Shown here: in pieces, positions 36,075-49,353 of the stretch
Layout of the letters: every line of letters begins with the position of its first letter
Position numbering within the stretch: the stretch's first letter is position 1
Assembly: GCA_965644265.1 (NCBI GenBank)
Contig: OZ286467.1
Coordinates: 51,770,001 to 51,834,000, forward strand
Reading direction: 5' to 3'
DNA length: 64,000 nt
Origin: Glycera tridactyla
Lineage: Eukaryota
Position numbers and translations under genes: made by a program
The notes under the pieces: model-generated
Seen by the model: the letters and a program-made list of their open reading frames with translations, nothing else
What the model was told of the DNA's origin: nothing
The model's database searches: none

Positions 36075-39000
36075 TGGTAAAGGTGCCCCGCATTCACCTA
36101 CAACAAGCAACATATAAATGGATGAGATACATATTGAAATATAATTTATTTCCTTATACAAAAATTTAATGAAGTTGTTGTATAGTACCAAGTATCGAGC
36201 TAGCTGAAAAGAAAAAAGAAGTTGGGAGTATTATTAGTTGAAGATTACCATGATGAAATCATGACTTGATTGAAATTGTTCATATTTCATCAGAATGTCC
36301 AGCATTCAGTGCTAGTGAACAGGGGAATAGCATCCAGTTTAGATGCCAAGATTATCAAGTGAACTACAGTTGGGACAAATTCAATAGGACAATTGGATGT
36401 AAAGCAAATTCATTAGTGCTTTAGTGATAAAGGATCTCATGTTTATGATGGGTAATTTTCAGTAACTGGTTGTCATAGATGTACATATCTGTAGGATGTT
36501 TGGATCCATGAGTAGACATTTATTAACTTCTATGTGGAAATATGTATGATTTTTTGGAATTATGAATTCATCATTGTATGATGAAATCTCAATAAGAGAC
36601 TGCCCCAAATATCACTATAAAGTGGTCTCTCAAAAGAAGTCGTATCTTGTCACGGGTTACTATGGTATGTCAAATAAACATACTGCCCTACTCAAACAGT
36701 CTCCCTTCAAAGGTGGTCTCTCATTGTGGCTTTCCTTGGTGCAGGTTCCACTGTTGTCATCTGTTCACCACTGATATGAAAGCTTATTTGTCAAGTGTTG
36801 CTTCATCTCATGTGGAATTTAGGTATTATATCTATTTAGAATGTAAAATCAATACTGGTTAGCATTTGAGGATAAGTTTGGAGGATAAGTTCTTGATAAC
36901 CCATGGTCAGCGGTGCTGGCATTTTGATATAACGGGAGGTCATTGAAGAAAGTCTTCCCTAAAATGTATAAAGTAAAGTAATATGATATCCAAAAGCGAT
37001 GTCCAGTATACCATCCATTGAGTAATGGCAGTCAAGCCTGAGTTGCTCACCTTTGAGATCCAACATGGTTAGAGGTTGACTTCAGATAGTAGGTAAAGTA
37101 CATAAGCCAATGATGATATAATTCCAGTGAGGTGTGGATTGTTGGGCTTCACTGCAGAACTAATGTCACCCACCAGAGTTGATCATGGAGTGAGTCTTTC
37201 TTACAAGAGACAAGGCATCTTATAGTCATGATGCTGGGAATTTTGTGGCCCGTGACTGGCACCGAAGGTCTTGTAGTAAGGTTAGCCGAGTGCATGTACT
37301 GTCGTAGTGGGTGTTAACAACTCCTAGTGGCTGTGCTAAGAAGTAGTCAATACCTAATCACAGGTATTTCCCGGTTTACTGACACCTGGGGTAGGCGGCC
37401 ACCGATGCTGCTGATGCCGAAGCCAATGCCTGGCCACGGTAGCAGTCACTGCTGGCTATGGTAGCAGGCCTGTTGTACAGGTGTGGTAGGAAATCTTGCA
37501 GAGGCTTTGATCTCCTGTGTAGGTGGGTGGCGTTGGGAGTCACCGCCGCCACCGTGGAGAGCCATGTGGTCCATGAAGATGAAAGGCGGTTGCTGCTGCT
37601 GCTGCCGAAGCAGCCATGCCATCGATGCCATCGGGCAGTATGATGACTGTCATGGCTGAATCATGCTGGCGCTGGGATTACCCATCTCTTGAAATTATTA
37701 ACAGCACATTCTGTGGAATTCCCACCACCCTGACTGCAAAATGAGGCTGTTCACCATAGACAGCACATTGTGTTAAAACTCACCATATAGCTGGGATATG
37801 ACTACAATAATAATAATAATGATGATAATAATAATAATTACAATAATAATAATAATAATACTCAAACCTGTGCTGAAATTGCATTGTTCTAAGCAGAAAA
37901 CTTTCCTGTAATTATCCCACCAACATATTTTCACTTTGATTCACCTGCACTAAAATCGACTAGGCAGAGTACATGTAAATACTTCTGCTGGATTAACACG
38001 TGCTGAAGTAGGTGATGAATATTTTGTTCTACTTCCAGTGATGATTCAACTATCAAATTTCATTTTCTCCTCAGATAATGAACACATAATAAATACAGTG
38101 AAACCTGCACTAAGCAACCCCTGATGAGAAACTGCCTTCAATGGATGACCTCTTTTTCATGGCAGCTTTTCCATTTGGCATAGTTAAATATACCTTCTAC
38201 AAGAGACCCCCTCTTTTCAAGGGATCACTTTTCATCAAAGGTTTCTCTGTATCAGGGATCTCTTGACCCAGAGCTGCAAGTCTGACGGAATTTGCCACCC
38301 TAGGATTGCCTGCATTATCGGTCATGCATCACGTCCGATGACATTTTCATCAATCAGAAATGTTCTGACATGGATGATGGAGTATGCCATTAACTGAATA
38401 TCACATCTCTTAACAGGTTCAATCACTGGTCATCCCAGAAGTCATCTGATGCTGCATTCATGGTGGATCGTGGAGGAAATCAGTACTCTTTACACAATTG
38501 GGGATTGGTTGAACCAGAAACAACCATTGACTTCTCTACATGCAAACGATCATGAGGTGCTACTAGGAATGTACACTTTTTGAAACAATTTATATTTAGA
38601 CACCAGCCCAGTGGATTTATCCTACCATTTCATGAGAACAGATGAAAATGATGGGGGGGGGGGGGGCAGGTGAGATTTCTACTTCACCTGCTACGAAGGA
38701 CATATGTTTAGAAAGTTGATGCGGAGGCCTGCTGATGGTCTGGTCCAGAGTGAATCCTGTCTCAAGAGACCCCCAACAAAAGACCACCTCTGACTCAGGA
38801 CTGCTTCGTCCGGACAGCTTTTCTATTTGACATAGTAAAATATACCTCTGGCAAAAGGCAACCACTTTTGAGTGACCATTTTGTTGGTGACATTCAGGGC
38901 AGTTTCTCACTGCAAGTTTAACTGTAGTGGACCTGTCGGCTCTCTTGGAGGATTAATCAGCTGATGGACATTTTAATGAGAGGTGGCATATGGATTGAGA

Positions 39001-39288
39001 TGGGGGGGGGGGGGTGTATTGATGGAAGTGTTGTTGACAGGAGTCAGTGAAGCAGCCAGCATGACCTTTCATTAACACACGGCTGTGATGTAAACATGGC
39101 CTATTATTGATTCATAAATGCCGGCCTCTCCTGCCTCTCTCTCTCCCCCCTCTTCTCTCTCCTATCCCCTCCCCTCTCTCTTTCTCTCACTCCCCTCCCC
39201 TCTCTCACCTTCCCTATCCTTCATTCTCTCTCTATGTCTCTTTCCATGTCTGTCCATCTGTCTGTCTCTGTCTGTCTGTCTATCACAT

Positions 39289-39427
39289 NNNNNNNNNNNN
39301 NNNNNNNNNNNNNNNNNNNNNNNNNNNNNNNNNNNNNNNNNNNNNNNNNNNNNNNNNNNNNNNNNNNNNNNNNNNNNNNNNNNNNNNNNNNNNNNNNNNN
39401 NNNNNNNNNNNNNNNNNNNNNNNNNNN
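39289..39427. other. Assembly gap
   Basis: N run. Confidence 1.
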
Positions 39428-41474
39428 CACCTGATAACCTTCACAGGCCTGAAAAGCAATCCTGGAATACCCCCTCCCCTCTCTTACTGACCTGCAAAGT
39501 CATCATGGGAACCCCCCCTCCCAGTCAATGTTATAATCGGCGACAACTAGGCATCGGCAATTTCACCAAGGCAAAATGGCTGTCAGATGAATTGATCCCA
39601 AGTCAGGGATTCCCCATGGAAAATGGATGGGCCATTTCACTTGTCTATGTGCAGTTAATCTCTGAATTGAATTAAAAGAATTTCATTTGGCCTTGTCTAA
39701 ATATTTGCTTATAGTCATACACAAGGGTCATAATCTTCTTGCAGTATCCTGATTTGCATGTGTCTTTTTGCCACATCACTAATGGATGGTGGGCCATCCC
39801 TGTTGTGGGTAACACAGTGAAACACAGCTGATGTATTGTCAAAAAGCAGAGCAAACCCCATCAAACCAAACCAAACCAAACCAAACCAAACCAAACCAAT
39901 CAGCAAGCCATCAATCCAGCCTCACTGCACTTAATTCTGCTTGAGAGACCACCTCTTCTCAATGACCATCTGACTGCTTGATATTTTAGAAATCATTCTG
40001 AAGGACCATCGGTCTTGAGGGCCACATATGGCAATAGTTGACGGTTCCCCGGTAATTGTAATATTGCTAAATCTATAGGTAGAATATGACCGTGATTGAT
40101 TTCAATGTATTGTTATCAGAATTAGGAATCTTGAGTGATTAAATGTCATATTGGTGCGTGATATCTCATAGATTGCAACTGTGTATTTGATTTAGAGATA
40201 TCCACCACAAAAGAAGCTTCCATCGTCAATATTTTGGTCTAATACAACAATCCCACCTTTGTGCCATGTGGTTCTAGGAATGCATGTATTGTAGACCATG
40301 CTGTGAGAGACCCCCTGATGAGAGACCATATGTTTGCGGTCACTCTTCAAAAGCCTCTTTCCTTTTTGACATAGTTGAATATACCTCTGATCAAAGACCC
40401 TATTTCTGATGACATCTATGGTCATCTCAAGAAAGAGATTTTACCCTCCAGTCAAACCTGCTTGAGAGACCACCCCTATACAAAGGCCAACTGTCCAGAA
40501 AAGCCACCCTGTGCAGGTGATCATATTTTCTATATTGAACACATTGTCCACAAAGGCAACCTGTCAAGAAAGGCCAGAAAGTTGGTATTAATAAATATGA
40601 TTTATTATATATTTGATCCATATTGTGCATAGAAACAAATTTTCAAAAGATGAAATTGGCATAGAGAAGACTAGGTAGGAATGGGGCCAGGAAAAGGGGG
40701 AAACCAGGTAGGGAAGGGGGGGGGGGTCAGGTAGGGGGTCTTTAATCTCTTCATCTTCAGCACAGATCACTGGATGTTGTTTCTCTTCATTGATTTGTCA
40801 CACAACATGTGTTTTATCTAATCCCCCTCACTAACTGTACATAGATGAGGACTGATTGGAATCCAGCAGAAGTTCTGTTGTCCACTCTCTGCCATCCTAG
40901 GGTGATTAGGTGGTGATCTGAGGCTGGCGGGATGTAATGAGCAGTTGATACTCTTGATGCGGTCCCCAGGTGGTACTGGAAGCTGACCCCAGCAGCTTGT
41001 TAGAAGTGGTAGATGAGGTCTTTATACCATCTGGTTACTCCCTAAGGTGATGATGACAATTATAGATTCCACACTGAGAATATACATGTGTAACAAAAGG
41101 ATTAGTGATTGTGGCCCACCTCTCAGCCTCCTGTCCTTTGTACTGTTTGAACCAACACATACAGTAGACCGGCCCACAAAGACCACCCTTGATCACGTAA
41201 GTCAGTCAGTTAGTCATAGTTGAATATACCTCCAGTGAGAGACCACCTGCCTTGAGGGACTACTTGTGGTTGGCATTTCAGCTGATCGCCCAAGACAGGT
41301 TTTACCCTACTAATAGCCAAATGCACACCTGCTTCTGTGAACAGGTATTTCTGACATTTTTATGCAGCAAGTCAATCGTGGAAGGAGACATCATCATGTC
41401 ATGTTTGACCTGACTCAAATAATGTCCTTGAGGTCACGAGGCTGAAGGATAGTCCGTGCAGTAGTATCGATTAC

Positions 41475-41693
41475 CAGCTGACACAAAGGCGTTTAACATG
41501 CCATTATTGGATGTCATATGTTGCATGAAAGCTTCCTCAAAAACTGACATGCTGCGTGTACCCGTCGTATAGAGTGTTATGCTTAATGCACTGCCACTAA
41601 CTCTGATGATATTGCGATACATCTCGAATATCTGACCGATTAATTGACTGCACACTTGCAAGAAATATTCCAGATTGTCTTTTGCATGACTAC
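41475..41693 (-). CDS. Putative symmetric phase 1-1 exon (219 nt) encoding a TRADD-N-like segment; the gene it belongs to is unknown
   Basis: Open frame flanked by ccctatctccaattcAG and G|GTAATC, and CpG-richer than its flanks. LSITLYTTG..F..AF..GMLNAF has the spacing I recall for TRADD-N (LIVQLRFCG..F..AY..GALRAA). By-eye alignment only. Confidence 0.35.
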
Positions 41694-43878
41694 CTGAATT
41701 GGAGATAGGAGGGCCCATATCACTAGACTAGAATTATATTCATTATTCAATTATATATTTAGGGCAATATTTGCAGAAATGCCAACCATCATGATATTGA
41801 AATAAAAATTACTCATGGCATTTTTCATGTGGCATTATTCAAACAAATTTGCAATCCTCTTATTTGATCATAGGAAATATTACTGTACAAAATCCAAGGT
41901 TGTCATGCCTGTCTATGATTTGCCACCAATTCTGGTTAAGTTAGCTGATAGGCATCCAAGAAGGAAATTAGATTTTTCTAAGAGGGCACATGTATGTCAT
42001 GAGGTGAGTGACCCTGGCAGACATCAGGTCCCTGTCAATCATCAGGGGTTGGAATATTATCCCATATCCCCATCACCTTGTCTAGTAAAAACAGCTGTCA
42101 TCTCTTCATACATCACAATCCTTCAGATAAGGTTGTTTTACATGGCTTAACTGCTGACAGCGACATATTGTCACAAGTCAGGATTTTTCAAGTACAGATG
42201 AACTTGTCTAGAATTACCACCATTGGTCACATAAAAATGGGTCTTTGCAGGCAGGTGACATTTGTTGAGAAGTTGTTCAAAAAATTAAGGAGTTGTAGAA
42301 AAAATTGATGCAGTTTCATGATACCAGGTGATAAATCCTAAAATACACTCTGATGACCTTTCCAAACTATGACTTTTCCCATGTGAAGATAAACCTGTCA
42401 TAAGCAGCTTCCTGTCCTTGCAATTGGAGAAGTATCAACATTAACTTTGACTTTTATATTTCAAGCATGAGCTTCCTTTAAACCAATTATATTGTCATTT
42501 CCAAATACCATCCTCCATTGAAGAAAAATAGTAGCAGTTCCAATTTCAGAGTGGCCATGCCAGCATTTGCCATGAAATAAAAATGAAATTCCCAATCACA
42601 TAACGCATGCAAGAGGTTTTACCTGAAAACAGTAGTCACAACTCTTTAATTGTAATGGTTGCCATCTATGCATTTCTCTTTACTTTTGCTGGGTAGTTTT
42701 GATTATAGTCTGTTCCATTCTTCCACCAAAGGTTGACTTAGAGGCATTCTATAGCCATGATTTCAATGCAGGGTCACCATGCCTTATGGGACATATGCAT
42801 GCTGGACAGCTCAATCATTGAGATTGCACTTTCCCATGTACATATCCCACATATAATTGACCATGCAGAAATAGTTTAGAACATGTACAAAACACAGAAA
42901 ACCTCCATCTTCCCAAGAATCAGCCTATGAAATAATCCCCAATCCACAACTTACAATGTCTATCAGATCATCTCTACAATGTTTTAATGAATTATATATT
43001 AGAATTCAGGTGATTCCTATGGCTGCAAATGGCAGCATGGTTAGTGTTGGCAGCCAGCCATGTCCGATTCTTAGAAGTCTGGCACTGGTGACATTCACAG
43101 GCTGGTGGTAGTTTTAAGTGAAGGGCATATATACGTATATAAATACCTGGTGTGACTGTTTCTGTCTTGAACTTGAATCCCGTTGTCTCTATCGCTCCCT
43201 CCGGTACTCTTACTCCCATCATCCTATGCCAATGCTAGTTGGGTTTTTTCTGGTGATTTGGTGTGATGTGTCAGTGTGTGGCAGCGTCTGTATGTCCTTG
43301 GGTATGTGAGACAAACACTGGCACTACAGCTCAGGTATGCTGCTATATTACAACTAGTGCCCGGGGGATTAAAGCACTCACATGTGTGGCAGTGTTGGGC
43401 TGGGTGATCGGATGGCGGAGGTGGTGGTGGTGGTGGGGGAATCAGGCTGAGGAATAAGCATGGACTTGCCCAATCTATCTACTTTATATGGAGTGTGTTG
43501 ATCCCCCACTCACTTGGGGCTGGCTAGCGGAGTTTTCTGACTAGTCATGCATGCCTGCTTGTGATTAAGCCCCGCCTTCCCCTGCTAGCCGGCTACTACC
43601 TGTGACTGGTGCTCATTTGCATGTGACTCGCGCTCATGTAAGCCTGTTAGCCACATGTGTAATTAGGGGGAGAGAGTGTGTGTGCATGTAACTGGGACCT
43701 TGGGGCACTTTCACTATATAGGACTAATACACCTGAACTGGGATACTCATGCAATAGCATGGCTTTTGCAAGTACCAGTGCACTCACCCTCTGGTGAAAT
43801 GACCCCTCTGATTGGCCCACTGGCACCTATTGTAGTATTTTCTGGAGATTTGACCCTTTAATCCTATATATATATATA

Positions 43879-44054
43879 CAGTAGAACCTGTCTTAAGTGA
43901 GAAGTCACAGGACCAAATTTTTCTTTCACTTAAGACAGGATTTTGCTTAGGGCAGGACAGTTATAGTGAAAAAAAAACATCCGGGCAGACCATGGGGTAT
44001 GTGCTTAAGACAGGATTTCGCCTAGCGCAGGTTTACTCTCGAGCGGTTTCACTG
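43879..44054 (-). mobile_element. MITE family 1 copy in inverted orientation
   Basis: Reverse-complement match to 241-416; TA flanks. Confidence 0.8.
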
Positions 44055-45384
44055 TATATATTTCATATAGCAAGGACATGGCTTCGATGGAAAAAGAAAA
44101 TGTTTCACAAGGTGGAATTGACATAAATAGTCAAACTTGACTGAGGAACCACCTTTTTACAGCCAAACTTGTTCGAAAGACCAGCCCAATTCAAACGCCA
44201 CCCTGAATGGTCACCTTGGAGTATTTTCCCCAGAGATTGACCTCTGCAAAGACCACTTTTTGGTGTGACACAATGACAGAGTATGGTTTTTGTAGCCAGG
44301 TTTGACTGTATATTTAGGCCACCTCTCTAAGAGGGTCACCCTGGGCTATCTCTGTGATTGTGTTTTTCAGTGAATATCCTGTTTTCAAAGACCACCTGTC
44401 TAGAAAGAGCACTTTCAAATGCATCAGAGGGGGGGGGGGGGGGAGGGGGGGGGGGGCTATTGTATATAGGTTTGACTACAGTTATGCCACAATGCCATTG
44501 GCCCTTTGAAATAATCAGGTAACGGAATTGAATTATTTCCTGAGAAAGTATTATCTTTAAGAACTGCCAAGGTGGCTAATATGAGAACTCCCTTTTATTT
44601 GTACTTAACTTTACTTGTAAGGTAATTTACTACACATGTAAAACATTACAATAGAACCTGTTTGAGAGACCACCTCCATACAAAAGCCGACTGCCTACAA
44701 GGCCACCCTGAGCTCTGACTGCAGCATTAGACCACAGACAAACATCCCACGGTTTAAAAATTGTCTCACTGATACTATTGGCGATGTAATTCAGGAATAA
44801 TTTGACTTATTACTCTCCATAGAGAATGATAATGGCTAATAATGATACAATATATCGAAGAGCTCATGATTTTTTTCATGATTTCATGGTGAACATTGGT
44901 GCCGACTTGATGACCAATATAATGTCTTGTCGATTTACGGATATTAGTTACTGCATAATGTGTGATGCTTGTGGTTTCCAGGGTTTATCATCACAAAAAC
45001 AGACAGAAAAGACCATTTTGTGCTGATTATTTAGGATTTTAGATGATGAAAATCGGACCAGAATTAGTGAGCACAGAGTTTAAATGCAGTCTAGTAGCCA
45101 TTAGTTAACAATTCTTTTTGGTTTTTTGGTTCACAAAATCTTGGTGAAGAGTGTATCTGGTCAGCTTTCCAGGGTTTCGGCTCATGAGCCAATCTCATCC
45201 CTGATTCATACACACAGCAAGATGGCTGATTCTGCCCATCTGGGCTTTTGTTTGTTATCATATTGTCACATGGATTATCATGTGGTATAAAAACAAGAAC
45301 GTATGATTATCAAATAAAATTGCAATATACGACTTGGTGGCTTCGTGATGTCTGACGGCAGTTCCACCTCTTCCAATATTGCGA

Positions 45385-47571
45385 TTTTTGTCCCCCGCCG
45401 GAACACCGGAAGGGGGACTATAAAATAATGGGCGTCTGTCCGTCCGTCCGTCCGTCCGTCTGTCCGTCCGTCCGTCCGTCCGTCCGTCCGTGCGTCCCTT
45501 GTCCGTCCGTTGTCCGTCCGTCCGCCAACTTTGCGGAACCTGTATCTCTGGAACCGCTGCACCGATTCACACCAAATCAAGTTTCCTGGAAGCATCTTGA
45601 TGTGTAGGTGTGCACTGGCACGTTTATTCTGGATTTGGGCATGTGATTGCCTGCCCAAGGGCAGGTGACATGTGAAAAACTTCAAGATGTCATCAGGATT
45701 TTGCGGAACTCATATCTCCACTATGGCTGCACCGATTCACACCAAATCAAGTTTCCTGGAAGCGTCTTGATGTGTAGGTGTGCACTGGCATGTTTATTCT
45801 AGATTTGGGCATGTGATTGCCTGCCCACGGGCAGGTGACATGTGAAAAACTTCAGGATGTCATCAGGATTTTGCGGAATTCATATCTCCACTATGGCTGC
45901 ACCAATTCACACCAAATCAAGTTTCCTGGAAGTGTCTTGATGTGTAGGTGTGCACTGGCATGTTTATTCTGGATTTGGGCATATGATTGCCTGCCCACAG
46001 GCAGGTGAAATGTGAAAAACTTCAGGATGTCATCAGGATTTTGCAGAACTCATATCTCCACTATGGCTGCACCGATTCACACCAAATCAAGTTTCCTGGA
46101 AGCGTCTTGATGTGTAGGTGTGCACTGGCATGTTTATTCTGGATTTGGGCATGTGATTGCCTGCCCAAGGGCAGGTTAAATGTGAAAAACTTCAGGATGT
46201 CATCAGGATTTTGCGGAACTCATATCTCCACTATGGCTGCACCGATTCACACTAAATCAAGTTTCCTACAAGCGCCTTGATGTATAGGTGTGCACTGGCA
46301 TGTTTATTCTGGATTTGGGCATGTGATTGCCTGTCCACGGGCAGGTGAAATGTCTGGAAACCTCAAGATGGTATACACCCCAATCAAGATTTTGAGGAAC
46401 TCATATCTCCACAATGGCTGCACTGATTCACACCAAATCAAATCTCCTAGAAGCATCTTGATGTGTAGGTGTGCACTGGCATGCTTATTATGGTTTTGGG
46501 CCTTCAATTGGCTGCGGCAGGTGAAATATCTGAAAAACTTCAGGATGGTACATGCTTCCATCAAGGTTTTGCGGAACTCATATCTCCATACCTGCTGCCC
46601 CGATCAACACCCCATCAAGTTTCCTGGAAGCGTCTTGATGTGTAGGTGTGCACTGGCACATTTATTCTGGATTTGGGCATGTGATGGGTTGCCCATGGAC
46701 AGTTGAAATGTCTGAAAAACTTCAGCATGGTATACACTCTCATCAAGATTTTGCGGAACTCATATCTCCACAATGGCTGCACCGATTCACACCAAATCAA
46801 GTTTCCTAGAAGTGCCGTGATGTGTGGGTGTGCACTGGCCCATTTATTCTGGCGTCGGCCATGTGATGGGCTGCCCTTGGGAAGGTGAAATGTCTGAATG
46901 CTAGGCACTCCCATCCACACTTTGCAGAACTCATATCTCCACAACCGCTCCACCCATTCACACAGAATACAGTTTTCCTGAAGCGTCCTGATGTGTAGGT
47001 GTGCACTGGCAGATTTATTACAGATTTGTACATGCAATGGGCTGCCCATGGGCAGTTGAAATATCTGAAGGACTTCAATATGGCATGCACTCTTATTTGG
47101 AATTAATGGAACGCATCTCTCTAAAACGGCTTCACCGATCCACATCGAATGAACTTTCCCTGAAGTGACATCTTTATCATGGGTTTGGGCAAGTGATGGG
47201 TAGCATCGGCTGCTGCACCAATCCACACTGAATCAAACTTTCTGGAAGCATCTTTTTGAAGAGCCTCAAACACTTCAGGATGGTATGCGCTGTGCAGAAC
47301 CTGTGTATTCAAAACAAATGCGCTGATTCATACCAAATCTTATCTTATAGATCTTTCTCATTGGTCATATGTGCACTGGCACATTCATTCTGGGTTTGGG
47401 CAAGTGCTGGGCTGCCCTTGGGCATACTTTAAACACTCCATAATGGCATGCACATTGTGGACCCCATATGAAGAAAACCAACACATTTTTTCTGCACAGT
47501 TCAGGAAGCAGAGGTGCTCACTGTAATAGTCCCACATCGGCGGGGGACCCCGCATCACTGATGCCTTGTAT
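45385..47571 (+). mobile_element. Complete HINE-like element with (GTCC)n and about 11 tandem units of 170-182 bp
   Basis: Perfect subterminal inverted repeats GTCCCCCGCCG (45390-45400) and CGGCGGGGGAC (47538-47548), a 3' hairpin GCATCACTGATGC (47552-47564), T-rich flanks, and (GTCC)n at about 45437-45525. Confidence 0.8.
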
Positions 47572-48230
47572 TCGATAATTATACATTCTTGTTACAATCT
47601 CCTACAATAAACAACCTCTCTCTACCTTCAAATGCAATCTTCTCGAATATCAGATACAGCTACAACAATGATTGATTTTATCCTGGACACCTAATCAATA
47701 TGATGATTTGTCATGTCTAACAGTAGGGTTTGTGAAAGTTGTTGACAAAACTAGCGATAACAACTCGGGTGGATCATTCATGAACCCTCCCCAAGTGGCC
47801 CACTTCTGTAATAGACATCAAACTTGATTGGCGAGTATGGTGATTGCCGTCACCAACAATGTTTAAATCTATCCAGAACACATATGAAAATTTATCACAT
47901 CTAACATTATGGCTTGTAAAACTTGAAACAGCGAATTTGGCCATAGAAATATGGGTGGTTCGTTCATGATTCACATTGGGGTGGACTGGGGATGACCCAT
48001 CTTTTGGTGTCATGACTCATAATAATTCCAATCTGTAGGCCACAGTGGCTCACTAATCTGTCAGAAAATCTGAAGACACCCCCCCCCCCACACACACAGG
48101 CTGCTTATGATGTTCAAGTGAATTGGAGCCATATACCCTACCTTCTAGACAGAGATTTGGGCCAACATGCTGGGGGTATTACAGAAGGATTATCAGTCCA
48201 CAAATAATATGTACAATGTACATGGATTGT

Positions 48231-49353
48231 GTCGTACCCCTCTATAAAGACTACCATCGATCGCATAAAAAAGTGGCATTCATAGGGAGGTGGTCTTCAT
48301 AAAGAGGTCATCCACTGTTGAAAATACTACCATGGTCGCAGCTCAGGGTAGCCTCTATAGAGAGGTGGTCTTCATAGAGAGGTGGTCTTTAGAGGAGGTT
48401 CGACTGTATGTCAAATGGAGAAGCTGCCTGGAGTTCACCCTTTCGTTAGTAGGGTCTGGTATTGAAGTTTCCACTGTCTAGATGAGACTGGATGATCCAA
48501 CTACTTTTACACGACTCTCACAAAAAATGGTCCATTTCCCAAAGATGGCCAACATGCTGGGGGTATTACAGAAGGATTATCAGTCCACAAATAATACGTA
48601 CATGGAATGTGGTCCCAGATTACTGGGTCAGGATGAGAAGAGAGCTGCCCACCAGCCTGAATTTCCCTGGTGGGCAGGTAGAAATATACCATAAATGACT
48701 TGCTAGTATAAGCAGGGAAGATTGATTTTCCAGATGTTGTCTGCCTGTTGTTAATTGCAAGTATACTTGAATCTGCTTGAGAGACCACCCTAGTATAAAG
48801 ACCACCTGTACTTATCAAGCCCAGCCTGAGTGACTGATGATATTATGGAGAGCATGCAAACTCTCTTCAAAGGCCACCTGTCTACAAAGACCGCTTATTG
48901 ATGCAACCTAGGGTGGCTTCTGTAGACAGGTTGGACTGTACTGTGGAACCTGCGATGAATGGCTGCTCTATATATCATAAGGAAGTGGTCCCGTAAGTGA
49001 GCTGGTCTCTCATCAGAGGTACATATCATACCACAGTCGTACCCCTCTATAAAGACTACCATCGATCGCATAAAAAAGTGGCATTCATAGGGAGGTGGTC
49101 TTCATAAAGAGGTCATCCACTGTTGAAAATACTACCATGGTCGCAGCTCAGGGTAGCCTCTATAGAGAGGTGGTCTTCATAGAGAGGTGGTCTTTAGAGG
49201 AGGTTCGACTGTATGTCAAATGGAGAAGCTGCCTGGAGTTCACCCTTTCGTTAGTAGGGTCTGGTATTGAAGTTTCCACTGTCTAGATGAGACTGGATGA
49301 TCCAACTACTTTTACACGACTCTCAAAAAAAAAAGGTCTATTTCCCAAAGATG
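48231..49353. repeat. Near-identical duplication of about 317 bp (48231-48547 and 49036-49353) containing a MITE plus flank
   Basis: The two copies match base for base over most of their length at an offset of 805 bp. Confidence 0.9.

Noticed and set aside
36098-36191. N-terminal extension of the 407-aa ORF ([10 protein letters not shown]...)
   Set aside because: AT-rich, ends at a good splice acceptor, and has no counterpart in gene A; most likely intron read-through.
18298-39675. ORFs spanning N runs (18298, 24730, 25978, 39107 and others)
   Set aside because: Open only because of assembly gaps.
27520-47400. Regular repeat arrays as CRISPR
   Set aside because: Whole units repeat with no unique spacers, there are no cas genes, and the context is eukaryotic.
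48290-49286. Duplicated ORF MVFIKRSSTVENTT...
   Set aside because: Lies in a duplicated MITE; similar peptides appear in other MITE copies.
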